Of a DNA stretch of 64,000 nt, positions 19,053 through 28,797 are shown piece by piece (position 1 is the first letter of the stretch; every line of letters starts with the position of its first letter). Source of the stretch: an uncultured virus (IMG/VR IMGVR_UViG_3300027969_000051) (Duplodnaviria; Heunggongvirae; Uroviricota; Caudoviricetes); the IMG/VR virus record IMGVR_UViG_3300027969_000051; one strand, given 5' to 3'. The notes beneath the pieces were generated by a model. It had not been told where the DNA came from, ran no database searches, and saw nothing but the letters and a program-made list of their open reading frames with translations. The translations under genes and the position numbers were made by a program.

Positions 19053-20534
19053 ATGCCAAGACTATCACTATACAAACCGGAAAAAGGAAACGACTATAAA
19101 TTTATAGATCGTCAAGCCTCTGAAATGTTCCAAGCGGGCGGAACTGATGTGTATTTGCACAAGTATTTAGGTGCTAATACTAACTCAGTAAATGCCACTG
19201 CGGACCAACCAGCTTACGCATCTACAGCAGTAACTAATATCCAAGATTTACTGTTTTTAGAAAATCGAGACAGAAAATACGATTCTGAAGTTTATCGAAT
19301 TCGGGGAATGTATAATGTACAGAATATTGACTTTAATTTAAGCCAATTTGGCTTGTTCATTGATAACGATACTCTGTACATGACTGTGCATATTAATGAT
19401 TTTATCAAATACATAGGGCGAAAGCCTGTATCCGGTGACGTCATAGAACTTCCACACTTACGTGATGATTTTGCTCTTAATGATTTTGACATGAGCCTTC
19501 CACGATATTATGTCATTGAAGATGTGGGCCGTGCCAGCGAAGGATTTTCAGTTACCTGGTTCCCGCATTTGTATAGATTGAAAGTTAAAAAGATTACAGA
19601 CAATCAGCAATATGCTGATATTTTTAATCAACCTGCAAAAGATGCCAACGGTGACGACATTGCTGGCACAACTCTTAAAGATCTACTTAGTACCTATAAT
19701 AAAGAAATACAGATTAACTCTCAGATTGTTGCGCAAGCAGAAGCCGATGCTCCTAAGAGTGGATACGAAACTAGACAGTTTTATACACTAGCAGTCGATC
19801 CTAGCACCGGAACTCCATTACTACAAACTGCTGACCAAGGTACTATAGATGCTAGTACTACTGCTAATTTTGCCAGTGATGTAAATAAAATTCCGGTAAG
19901 AACTGGATATACTGGTTATCTTGTTGGCGACGGTTTTCCAAGTAACGGAAATGCATTTGGTCATGGTATACAATTTCCTAATGCCCCTACAGCTGACGAT
20001 TTCTTCCTACGAACAGACTTTCTACCAAATAGATTATTTAGATTCAACGGACCTAGCAGTGCATGGGTTAAAGTAGAGGATGCTGTAAGAATGAACATGA
20101 CTAATGACAGTACTCGCCAAACTCTTAAAACTGGATTTATCAATAACGACGATGCTTACATTTATACAGGAGCACTTGGCAGTGATTATGTAAAACTAAC
20201 TGCCAATGCAACTGTTATTGACACTAATATTTTATATTCTTTAATTTCCGGAATATCGACTACAACACCACTGTATGTTGTTCTAAAACTTGATAGTCAT
20301 GAAATGTCACTAGTTAATCAGGTAACAACAACTCCTGCTAACTCTGTATCTGACTATGCAAATATACTATCTAATCAATCAACAAAGATTAGAATCACAC
20401 TACCGGTTATTAATAGTGTACAAAAAACAATTCCATATGACGGTAGTTGGGTGGTGACTATATACACTGATCGTCAAGCACAGAAACAGGCGCTTTCTAA
20501 AGCACTTAAATATAAACCACAGGCGGATCTATAA
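19053..20534 (+). CDS. gp14: Neck protein, gp14-like, with C-terminal extension
   Basis: DLLFLENRDRKY, LSQFGLF, P..GDVIELPH; sits between gp13 and gp15. Confidence 0.7.
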   Translation: MPRLSLYKPEKGNDYKFIDRQASEMFQAGGTDVYLHKYLGANTNSVNATADQPAYASTAVTNIQDLLFLENRDRKYDSEVYRIRGMYNVQNIDFNLSQFGLFIDNDTLYMTVHINDFIKYIGRKPVSGDVIELPHLRDDFALNDFDMSLPRYYVIEDVGRASEGFSVTWFPHLYRLKVKKITDNQQYADIFNQPAKDANGDDIAGTTLKDLLSTYNKEIQINSQIVAQAEADAPKSGYETRQFYTLAVDPSTGTPLLQTADQGTIDASTTANFASDVNKIPVRTGYTGYLVGDGFPSNGNAFGHGIQFPNAPTADDFFLRTDFLPNRLFRFNGPSSAWVKVEDAVRMNMTNDSTRQTLKTGFINNDDAYIYTGALGSDYVKLTANATVIDTNILYSLISGISTTTPLYVVLKLDSHEMSLVNQVTTTPANSVSDYANILSNQSTKIRITLPVINSVQKTIPYDGSWVVTIYTDRQAQKQALSKALKYKPQADL

Positions 20535-21997
20535 TGCAGTTTTTCTATGATGCACAAGTAAGAAGATACATCACACAAACTATACGTGTGTTAAGCAATT
20601 TTACAGTCAAGTATGGTGATGGAACATTGCATCAAGTACCCGTTATGTATGGTGACCCTGATCGACAAGTTGCTAGTATCATACGCCAGGGTTCAGAAAA
20701 TATCGTAAACACGGTACCTCGAATTGCAGTTTATATTACTGGTTTAGAGATGGACAAAGATCGACTAGCAGATTCGACCTATGTCGGTAAATTACATTTT
20801 CGAGAAAGAGGCGTAGATGCCAACGGTGATTATACTAACGGACCAGGTCGTAATTATACTGTTGAACGACTAATGCCTACTCCTTTTAAATTAAAATTAA
20901 AAGTTGATATATGGAGTTCAAGTACTGATCAAAAATTACAAATTTTAGAACAGATTTTAGTATTGTTTAATCCTAGTTTAGAATTACAAACTACTGATAA
21001 CTATATTGATTGGACAAGTTTGGCTGTGTTAAATCTTGGAGAAATTACTTGGTCGAGTAGGAGTGTGCCAGTTGGCAATGATACTCCGATAGATATTGCT
21101 TCGATGACATTAGATACTCCTATATGGATTAGTCCGCCAGCAAAGGTAAAACACCTCGGTGTTATTACAAAGATTATCACGAACTTGTATGCATCAGATG
21201 CAGTATATGCACCGGGGTATATTGACGGATTAGGCATTGACCCAGCATTCCAAGCAGGTGGCGCAACAACGTCGTTTGGTGAATTAGTATCTAAACAAAC
21301 TACTACCATTGGCGGCTATAAGATTGCAGTTTATGCCGGTCAAGCATATCTATTAGAGAAGGGTGACAGTACTTTACCGTTTGAGCCTACTATAGAAATT
21401 CCAGAAATTATTGGGCCTACATTAGACTGGACTCAGCTATTTGATCAATACCCGGGTCAATATGTTGCTGGATCAAGTATGATCTATTTGTTACAACCAA
21501 CAGGTACATACATTGTAGGCACTATTGCTGTCAATCCAATAGACAGTAAAATTTTAACAGTCAACTGGGATCAAGATAGTCTAGTTTCAAACACCGGTAT
21601 TGACAGTAGTGGATATTTAGACACTGATGTTTCACACTATAATCTTGCCGCAAGTAACAGACCTATGAGTCCGGGCACATTTGATGCTATAGTTAACCCG
21701 GTAACATTTACCCCGACTGCTCCTGCAGTGGGCACACGATACTTGATCATTGAAGATGTAACGTATATTCCTTCAGCAGTAACGCACATATGGGGTGCAT
21801 TAAATGCTGTTGCAAATGATATAATCGAGTGGAATGGCACACAATGGCGAGTTATTTTTAATTCTACTCAAGAATCAGACACTATGGTTTGGCAGACGAA
21901 TATATACACAGGAGTACAATACTTATGGAACGGTGTTTCATGGGTTAAGAGCTTCGAGGGTGAGTATACTGCCGACTTATGGAAAATCGTATTATAA
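20534..21997 (+). CDS. gp15: Tail sheath stabiliser/terminator, gp15-like, with C-terminal extension
   Basis: FFYDAQVRRY, VPVMYG, PRIAV, MPTPF, QILEQILVLFNP. Confidence 0.85.
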   Translation: MQFFYDAQVRRYITQTIRVLSNFTVKYGDGTLHQVPVMYGDPDRQVASIIRQGSENIVNTVPRIAVYITGLEMDKDRLADSTYVGKLHFRERGVDANGDYTNGPGRNYTVERLMPTPFKLKLKVDIWSSSTDQKLQILEQILVLFNPSLELQTTDNYIDWTSLAVLNLGEITWSSRSVPVGNDTPIDIASMTLDTPIWISPPAKVKHLGVITKIITNLYASDAVYAPGYIDGLGIDPAFQAGGATTSFGELVSKQTTTIGGYKIAVYAGQAYLLEKGDSTLPFEPTIEIPEIIGPTLDWTQLFDQYPGQYVAGSSMIYLLQPTGTYIVGTIAVNPIDSKILTVNWDQDSLVSNTGIDSSGYLDTDVSHYNLAASNRPMSPGTFDAIVNPVTFTPTAPAVGTRYLIIEDVTYIPSAVTHIWGALNAVANDIIEWNGTQWRVIFNSTQESDTMVWQTNIYTGVQYLWNGVSWVKSFEGEYTADLWKIVL

Positions 21998-22428
21998 AAG
22001 ATCACATTGTTTGTAGCGGAGCATTATTCTACGCTAAATCAACACGTCGATTCTTACTACTACAAAAAGCACAAGGCAAACACGAAGGTACATGGAGTCT
22101 TGTTGGCGGAACTAACCATCTCGATGAAACTCCGTGGCAAGGATTACAAAGAGAAATAGTTGAAGAAATTGGCAGTATGCCAAATATTATAAAAACTATT
22201 CCTATAGAAACATTTGTCAGTAACGATAAAGTATTTAATTTTCACACGTATTTGTGTGTGGTTGCTGATGAATTTGTGCCTGTATTAAGTGCAGAACATG
22301 CAGGGTGGGCTTGGACTACCATTGATCGATCACCTAAGCCGTTGCATCAAGGATTGCGCAATAGCTTTTCAAGTAAAACTATCCGTACTAAACTTCAAAC
22401 AGTATTTGATTTAATAGATCTTATTTAA
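21979..22428 (+). CDS. Nudix hydrolase
   Basis: Nudix box GGTNHLDETPWQGLQREIVEEIG; EHAGWAW, PLH. Confidence 0.88.
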   Translation: MENRIIKDHIVCSGALFYAKSTRRFLLLQKAQGKHEGTWSLVGGTNHLDETPWQGLQREIVEEIGSMPNIIKTIPIETFVSNDKVFNFHTYLCVVADEFVPVLSAEHAGWAWTTIDRSPKPLHQGLRNSFSSKTIRTKLQTVFDLIDLI

Positions 22429-23190
22429 ATGATCAAATAATATATTTGCCCAGTCTTTATGATCTGCTTCTGTCGGATGAAGAGGGCTTGCAACAATCTT
22501 ACCCCCTTCAGTACTTCTTGGAAATACAGCATATCTAGGCCACATGGCCCAATTTCGATCAAATGGCTTAATAAATTCCGGACCAATACAGTCTAGTAAA
22601 TGTCGAGCAGGGCCGTCGATAGTATTCGGACGTATCTCATCAACTGCATTAAAATGTATAATTCGAATGCCTAGCGACTTAGCTAGTGCAGTTGTTGATA
22701 TTATATAATCAAGAACATGCTCTAATTCTGCATGTTCCCATATTCTAAATTTTGTATAGTAGTCGACAAGTTCAGGTAATTCATCACGTAGCCGACCTTT
22801 TTCTAATACATCAGCAATGTTTACCATAAGGTACGGCCCTTCTTGGCCAGGATGCCGGCCATGGTCGATGTTTAATTCGTAAGGATTAAATATTTCCCAC
22901 CTAGTAAATGCAGTCCATCCAATTGCTACTACGCCATTAGGGCCTATGGCATTGGCAATTCTAGTTATGTCTTGGATCGCAATCCTAAAAATACTGTCAT
23001 TGCTACGGCCTGGCCAACCTCGGTTTATTACATTAGATTCGGGAATATTTAATAGTTTGCCTAAGTGTGCAGGCCATGCTTTAGCTAAGTCTTCTGGGAG
23101 TGAACAATGGGGTTCTGTAAGATCGGTACCCCAAGTACAACTATCGCCGATTGCTAGTAGCCACAACGGCGTTAATTTTTTTGAATCCAT
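22411..23190 (-). CDS. SGNH/GDSL-like hydrolase or acyltransferase
   Basis: AIGDSCTWG, NRGWPGRSN, HPTEADH..WA. Confidence 0.7.
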   Translation of the reverse strand: MDSKKLTPLWLLAIGDSCTWGTDLTEPHCSLPEDLAKAWPAHLGKLLNIPESNVINRGWPGRSNDSIFRIAIQDITRIANAIGPNGVVAIGWTAFTRWEIFNPYELNIDHGRHPGQEGPYLMVNIADVLEKGRLRDELPELVDYYTKFRIWEHAELEHVLDYIISTTALAKSLGIRIIHFNAVDEIRPNTIDGPARHLLDCIGPEFIKPFDRNWAMWPRYAVFPRSTEGGKIVASPLHPTEADHKDWANILFDHLNKIY

Positions 23191-23972
23191 CCGAATCTTT
23201 CAAACCACCCTTGATGTGGCGGCAGTGCTGTTTGATATTCTTTGATCCACGTAGGACTTAATTCTTGTGTAGGGTCTTCAAGGAGTTTCGTGCTGTATAT
23301 ACCTTGAATAAAACCATTGGTAAGATCTAATCGTTCGCCTTTGGTCAATGCATTAATTATTTTTTCTGCAAGTATGTCGTGGTTACTTAGACAAAGATGA
23401 TTGTATCGCATGTCAAATCCTCGAAATTCGATCTCTTCACCTTTCTCAAAGAACGAAACGCCGGTTAGATTTCCGATTGAAAAATTTAATTTATCGAGAT
23501 AGTCTTGACCAAAATGACTCTGATTTGCGCCGTGTATAACTAATGGCTTCTTCCACTTTTTAACATGAGCCATATTGTTTAACCAGCCTAGTCGATGTAG
23601 ACAATGTTGATAATCTAAGTTATGTCGCTGTATATGTTTGATATACAATTCAACAGCTTGTACCCGTTCTGGGTGGTTGATAGCCTTGTCAAAATCTAAG
23701 ATACGACTGTTAGTTATTGTTGGATGTTCTTCAAAGTACCAATATCGTGATGGTTCAGTTAATACTACAATTATTTGATCATCGCTACCGATGTCGTGTG
23801 CATTTAGTTCAAGAAAACCCCAGGCCCAGTCTTGGCAAGTGCCTGGATAACTAGAATTTTTTAATTCGTAATCGCCTAGTCCCCTGGCCACCTGATTGAG
23901 CCATACCCGGTCAGGGTTATCGTCTTTAAGGGTGACACTAAAACTGTCCCCGGTTAACCATAACTTGGGCAT
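23172..23972 (-). CDS. Divergent SGNH-like protein
   Basis: LTGDSFS, NSSYPGT, NHL..NHDILAEKI. Confidence 0.6.
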   Translation of the reverse strand: MPKLWLTGDSFSVTLKDDNPDRVWLNQVARGLGDYELKNSSYPGTCQDWAWGFLELNAHDIGSDDQIIVVLTEPSRYWYFEEHPTITNSRILDFDKAINHPERVQAVELYIKHIQRHNLDYQHCLHRLGWLNNMAHVKKWKKPLVIHGANQSHFGQDYLDKLNFSIGNLTGVSFFEKGEEIEFRGFDMRYNHLCLSNHDILAEKIINALTKGERLDLTNGFIQGIYSTKLLEDPTQELSPTWIKEYQTALPPHQGWFERFGWIQKN

Positions 23973-24700
23973 TAGAAATCTAGTCCCGGCATTTGATCAG
24001 GATCATCAAACAGTTCGTGTGGTCTCCAAGGATTTGCACGGGCATTTTCATCTGCTACAATATCAAATGCTATGCTAATTCGATCTTCAGGTCCGGTATA
24101 CTTTTGGCTTAGATGTGGTATCCAGCTAGGAAATAAAATAATATTACCTGCTTCGTTAGCAATTACACTAGTTTCTTGCACCCGTATAGGATTTTGCAGT
24201 TCTAATCCAGCATTGCTAGTAGTTACATAGTAAGTACCGGACAAGTATGCAAACTCATCTGCAAGGTGCATGTGGCGAGAAATGTTTTCATCTTTTCTTA
24301 ACACATTAGCCCAAGCATGGATCCAAACTCGTTTCCTAGGAAACCCTAAATTTTTAAGATGCAGTAGATAATGATACCTAACTAGGTCAAACAATTCACG
24401 GCAATGTTTGCTTGCAGGGAATCTTTCAACTATAGTATCACCGCCCTTACGTGGAATAGAGTCATCAAATAGATGATGCTGTTTCCACTGCTGTGTGTAC
24501 TTGTAAGGATCAGTACTGTTTTTAGGAACACTACTTACTAGTTCTTCACTAGCAATAATGGTTGATTCCATTTCTCGACAAAATGTTGCTAGCCCTTCAA
24601 TCATATCCTTTCCACCATCTTTTGCATAGTAGATAGGCACACGGAAATGCGGTGCAAATTTTGTCTTAGGTTTTTGACCTTCCCACCAGGTACTTGGCAT
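23972..24700 (-). CDS. 2OG-Fe(II) oxygenase (TIGR02466-like)
   Basis: WANV..HMH, LSGTYYV, GNIILFPSWIPH, RISIAFD. Confidence 0.85.
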   Translation of the reverse strand: MPSTWWEGQKPKTKFAPHFRVPIYYAKDGGKDMIEGLATFCREMESTIIASEELVSSVPKNSTDPYKYTQQWKQHHLFDDSIPRKGGDTIVERFPASKHCRELFDLVRYHYLLHLKNLGFPRKRVWIHAWANVLRKDENISRHMHLADEFAYLSGTYYVTTSNAGLELQNPIRVQETSVIANEAGNIILFPSWIPHLSQKYTGPEDRISIAFDIVADENARANPWRPHELFDDPDQMPGLDF

Positions 24701-24702
24701 AC

Positions 24703-26493
24703 TTATTCCTCTTCAGATTGATTTTCTTTTTCTCTGTTTTTAGGGATATTAACTAGTTTTCCAATTTCTGGAAGATACAAATACTGCAAATCACTGCGGC
24801 GCAATGTATCTAATGCATCATCAATCGTTTCAACTAGTGGATCTCCACCTAGATTAAAACTAGTATTAAACAGTACAGGAGTACCTGTTGCTTGATCAAA
24901 CGCTTTAATTAGATTGTAGTAGTGTTTATTTTGTTCTTCAGTTACTGTCTGGATGCGGCAAGTGCCATCTACGTGGATAATACTTGGAATTTTTTCAGCA
25001 ACGCCCGGTTGACAGTTCACAGCATACATCATAAATGGGCTGTTGGGCATGCCGCGTAGGTCAAACCACTCGTGGACATTTTCTTCTAGGATAGTACCTG
25101 CGAATGGTCGGAACCACTCACGATGTTTAACTTCGTTGACAATGTCTTTACCATTCTTGATACGTGGATCGAATATGATCGAACGATTACCTAATGCACG
25201 TGGACCGCCTTCTGAGCCACCTTGATACATACACACAATCTTTTCGTCAAGTAGTAACTTGACAATATCGTCGTAGGATGCATCTACTACAGTTTCACCT
25301 TCTTCTGGAAGTACATCTAAATTATATTTTCCGTGCAGTGCATAGTAGTTAGGACCATAGTATATAGTCTTTGGCGTACGGATTGTAGTATCTACATTGT
25401 AGGTATGATGAATGAACTTTGCGGCGCCGATACATGTGCCACCATCATGACTGATTGGTTCTACATATAAGTTCACACCTTCAGGAAGATGCTTTAAGTA
25501 CTCGTAGTTTGCAACGCAGTTTAGGCCAAATCCGCCTGCAATACAAATATTTTTCTGCCCTGTACGTTCGATCGCATCAAGGATTAATCGCATCATTTGT
25601 TGTTCACAAGCTTCTTGTACTGCATACGCAACATCCTTAACTACTTCTAAATTATCAGTGTCAAGATACGGAAATAATTTTCGATCAATGTAAGCACCAT
25701 TAGGGTAGTTAGGTGTAAACAAGTTGCGATTACTCAAATGTCGAGCTTCTTCACCGTGGAATATAAACGGAATCTTATCGTTAGGTTTGCCGTACGGTGC
25801 TAGACCCATTGCTTTTCCTGCTTCAATAAACGGGAATCCACAATAGTTAGTCATTGCTTCGTATACTTTGGTAATACCAGGGTGATCAGTAAAAATTACA
25901 TCATGTAAATCTTCTGGCTTGCCTCGATTATCATGTGGGCAATTAAGTTTTTCATATACAGATGCCGGACCACGAACCCCGATGTGTTTGAATTTAGTTG
26001 CAAAATTACCCGGATAACTGCCGTTAAATATTGTTTCTAATTCCCATCCGGTTGTTTCACCTAATGGGATAAATGTTCCTGCACCGTCTACGATCAATAC
26101 AGCGGCTTCCTTGAATCCACTGTTATAAAATGTGCATGCGGCATGCATTTCGTGATGTATCATACCAAGGTCAATTACTTGACGAGGAATACCAGTTTCT
26201 GGATCTGTATATTTTGCATCGATTAACCCTAGTTTTCGAGCCCATCCGGTGAACATATCATCACCAGTAAAGTCAATGGTACCAGCAGTAGTTAATGGTT
26301 GTGTATGGGCTACTACTAGATAGTCTAACTTATCAGTATATTCTTTAATCTTTAGCATGCCCATTAGAGGGCCGCCATCATATTTTGTGCGACTTAATCG
26401 TTCTTCTTCTATGTAAAAAACAACTTCGCCGTCTTTTAATAAACACGTAGCACCGTTATGGCCACGAGTAATTCCTGCAATCCATTGTGCCAT
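24703..26493 (-). CDS. Carbamoyltransferase, NodU/CmcH family
   Basis: EEERLSR.K, HHEMHA, VDGAG, GKAMGLAPYG, GGFGLNCVAN, GPRALGNRS, KHREWFRPFA, HVDGTCRIQTV, NTSFN. Confidence 0.95.
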   Translation of the reverse strand: MAQWIAGITRGHNGATCLLKDGEVVFYIEEERLSRTKYDGGPLMGMLKIKEYTDKLDYLVVAHTQPLTTAGTIDFTGDDMFTGWARKLGLIDAKYTDPETGIPRQVIDLGMIHHEMHAACTFYNSGFKEAAVLIVDGAGTFIPLGETTGWELETIFNGSYPGNFATKFKHIGVRGPASVYEKLNCPHDNRGKPEDLHDVIFTDHPGITKVYEAMTNYCGFPFIEAGKAMGLAPYGKPNDKIPFIFHGEEARHLSNRNLFTPNYPNGAYIDRKLFPYLDTDNLEVVKDVAYAVQEACEQQMMRLILDAIERTGQKNICIAGGFGLNCVANYEYLKHLPEGVNLYVEPISHDGGTCIGAAKFIHHTYNVDTTIRTPKTIYYGPNYYALHGKYNLDVLPEEGETVVDASYDDIVKLLLDEKIVCMYQGGSEGGPRALGNRSIIFDPRIKNGKDIVNEVKHREWFRPFAGTILEENVHEWFDLRGMPNSPFMMYAVNCQPGVAEKIPSIIHVDGTCRIQTVTEEQNKHYYNLIKAFDQATGTPVLFNTSFNLGGDPLVETIDDALDTLRRSDLQYLYLPEIGKLVNIPKNREKENQSEEE

Positions 26494-26494
26494 A

Positions 26495-27424
26495 TTATTC
26501 TCCTACCTTTTCTTTAATGTCTTTCATGATGTTTTTGATCATTTCCTGTTCTTCTTGTTTGCTAAAATTCATTACTGTATCGTTGACCTTATCTGCTAAG
26601 TGGCAATCGTAATCTGAAACGCGGATTGGACTATATTTTTTAATTGCATTTTTCTTTTCGTATATTTTAAAATACTTAGGATATGTAACATTCTCTGCGA
26701 ACGTACTGCCTAATATTACTGCTCCGGGTTTTTGGAAAGTGTACGCAAGATGTTGCCCTACACTATCGCAACCTATAAAGTAATCGCATTGATCAATTGC
26801 GGCCGCCCAATAACGTAGTGAAACGTTCTTTGGAATTATCGCAAATTCATCATTTGGAGTTGGGATCTCAGTCATGCAGATAAGATTGTATTTTTCCCTA
26901 ATAGCTTTTGCCAGTGCTAGGTAAGTTGATGTTTCTAAACTGCGACTACTAGTGTCAATCATAACGCCAAGATTTTGCTCAAGAGTAACGCCACGACCGT
27001 AGGGCTGGATTATTACAGTCTTCTTTTTCTTGTGTGCTTCTTTGGCAGTTTTAATCATTGCCATTCCGTTGATTTCTTCTTCTTTGCTGATAAAAATCTG
27101 TGCTCTGGGCAATGATTCAGTTATCGGTGTACCATTTATTAGTTTGTCAAATGCTTGCCCGATACTACATTTTTGATTGTAATAATCGTTATCTCGATAC
27201 GGTTCTGGTGATATAATTTCACCATCTTTAATGAACTGTTCAAATAAATCTTTGTGGTTTGACGGATATGTACGATCTTGTAGGTTTGGATTGCCTAATA
27301 TAAAATCCATGCCAGCTTCACTAACTATAATTCCGTCTGGGTTATTTTGGGCAAACTTTTCAAGCGCAGGAAGCGCACATAACATGCGGCCAGCACCGCC
27401 ATTTATAAAAACAATTTTTCTCAT
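26495..27424 (-). CDS. GT-B glycosyltransferase, GT9 (heptosyltransferase)-like
   Basis: N-terminal GGAGR...LP; C-terminal AAIDQCDYFIGCDSVGQHLA...KP.AVILGST. Confidence 0.75.
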   Translation of the reverse strand: MRKIVFINGGAGRMLCALPALEKFAQNNPDGIIVSEAGMDFILGNPNLQDRTYPSNHKDLFEQFIKDGEIISPEPYRDNDYYNQKCSIGQAFDKLINGTPITESLPRAQIFISKEEEINGMAMIKTAKEAHKKKKTVIIQPYGRGVTLEQNLGVMIDTSSRSLETSTYLALAKAIREKYNLICMTEIPTPNDEFAIIPKNVSLRYWAAAIDQCDYFIGCDSVGQHLAYTFQKPGAVILGSTFAENVTYPKYFKIYEKKNAIKKYSPIRVSDYDCHLADKVNDTVMNFSKQEEQEMIKNIMKDIKEKVGE

Positions 27425-27426
27425 GA

Positions 27427-27478
27427 GATCTCCTCTATGGTGTTATTTACATCAGTATAACACCTTATAGAGGAGATC
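27427..27478 (-). promoter_or_regulatory. Long inverted repeat sequestering the glycosyltransferase SD, with internal late promoter TAAATA (27444-27449)
   Basis: GATCTCCTCTAT-GGTGTTAT pairs with ATAACACC-tt-ATAGAGGAGATC; SD GAGGAG lies in the 3' arm. Confidence 0.8.
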
Positions 27479-27492
27479 GTGAGCGAATCGAG

Positions 27493-27816
27493 TTACAGAG
27501 GTGCTGAGCTTAGTGCAGTTGGGTCTGGGCGGCTTGGTTGCCAACGAGCATCTGGATGCTCAGGCCATTCTACTTCATGGGGGCCTTTTCCGGCTGCTTT
27601 GTGTTCTGCAATGATATTACGTAGCTTTTCTTTAAATTCTTGATAGGCAGCAATCATCTCTGGCGGACTATCAAAATTATATTTGCCGTCGGCTGAATGA
27701 ATTTCAGCATTTCGTCGTTCGTAAACATCGGCCCATAATGCTAAAGTAGGATTTTCTAAATGCTGTGCCCCGTCTTCAGAAATAGTCGGTGCTAGTGTTT
27801 GTGCTTGATCTGCCAT
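27493..27816 (-). CDS. Tail fibre assembly chaperone-like protein
   Basis: WADVYERRN...D..YNFDSP...YQEFKEKLRNI...VEWPEHP pattern. Confidence 0.7.
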   Translation of the reverse strand: MADQAQTLAPTISEDGAQHLENPTLALWADVYERRNAEIHSADGKYNFDSPPEMIAAYQEFKEKLRNIIAEHKAAGKGPHEVEWPEHPDARWQPSRPDPTALSSAPL

Positions 27817-27825
27817 TGTTATTCC

Positions 27826-28785
27826 TTAAAATGTAATACGAACATAGCCAGGAGATCCGTGACCGCCTGAGCTGCCAAACAGGCAACATGCTGTTTTAAC
27901 ACCTGCTGGTGCACCACCGCCTGGGAAATTACCATTGGTTGCCGGCATAGCGCGACCGCAGTAGTTCCAGTTACATGAGGTAGCGCAGTTATACCAAGCA
28001 GAACCTGGATTGTTAAGCATACAGCATCCACCGCATAGTCCGTGGCCTGCGATACCTTGGCTGTTAGTACAACCTGTATTCCAAATATAATAGGCATAAC
28101 ATGCTGGTAAGTAGTTCCAATTTGCTTGGCTAGCACCCATACCACTGCCACCACCCCAATTCATTTGTTGACTACAGTTACCGTCACATCCCCATGAATA
28201 AGCGTGTGTTGCACCAACTCTCATGTCTGGTGAACCATTAAAAACGCCACCACATGACAGTGTACAACCGTCACACACTGGTTGGTTACAGGCAAAATAC
28301 ACGCAACCACAGAACTCATAACATTGAGAAAGGCCTGCACATCCGCCAACTGAGTCAGCTAGAATAGCACCTACTGCATTAGTGGCAAAATATGAGCAGT
28401 TACCACCAGTACCGCAACAGCAATAATTGCTTCCGCTATCATTACCAGCACCACCGCGGCCGCCTGCACCTGCACATATTGTATATGCTGTACCCGGTGT
28501 TACACTTAATGTGTACTTTGCATAGCCACCACCACCACCGCCTGGGTGTGTTCCGCAACATTCGTTAGCACTACCTGCGCCGCCGCCACCGCCGGCACCC
28601 CAAAGTTCAACTTGAATTTGTGTTACACCTGTCGGAACAGTCCAGTTACAGCAACATCCTGCAGGTGTATACGCACCTTGCAAACATGAGCAAGTGTTAT
28701 CCATTGTAGCGAAGTCAGCACTGCAACCAAAGACTTCTAATGTACGAAATCTCTTAGTTACTGCTTTACATAGTTGGTATGGCAT
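27826..28785 (-). CDS. Cys/Gly-rich adhesin-like virion protein 3
   Basis: WTVPTGVT...ELWGAGGGGG, GGGGGGY, FPGGG, G.VRITF; about 34 Cys. Confidence 0.75.
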   Translation of the reverse strand: MPYQLCKAVTKRFRTLEVFGCSADFATMDNTCSCLQGAYTPAGCCCNWTVPTGVTQIQVELWGAGGGGGAGSANECCGTHPGGGGGGYAKYTLSVTPGTAYTICAGAGGRGGAGNDSGSNYCCCGTGGNCSYFATNAVGAILADSVGGCAGLSQCYEFCGCVYFACNQPVCDGCTLSCGGVFNGSPDMRVGATHAYSWGCDGNCSQQMNWGGGSGMGASQANWNYLPACYAYYIWNTGCTNSQGIAGHGLCGGCCMLNNPGSAWYNCATSCNWNYCGRAMPATNGNFPGGGAPAGVKTACCLFGSSGGHGSPGYVRITF

Positions 28786-28797
28786 TTAAATCGCTCC

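Noticed and set aside
27819..28154. Alternative-frame ORF in the Cys-rich gene ending next to the chaperone start (possible frameshift product)
   Set aside because: No clear slippery site, SD or protein motif; G-rich codons readily leave other frames open.
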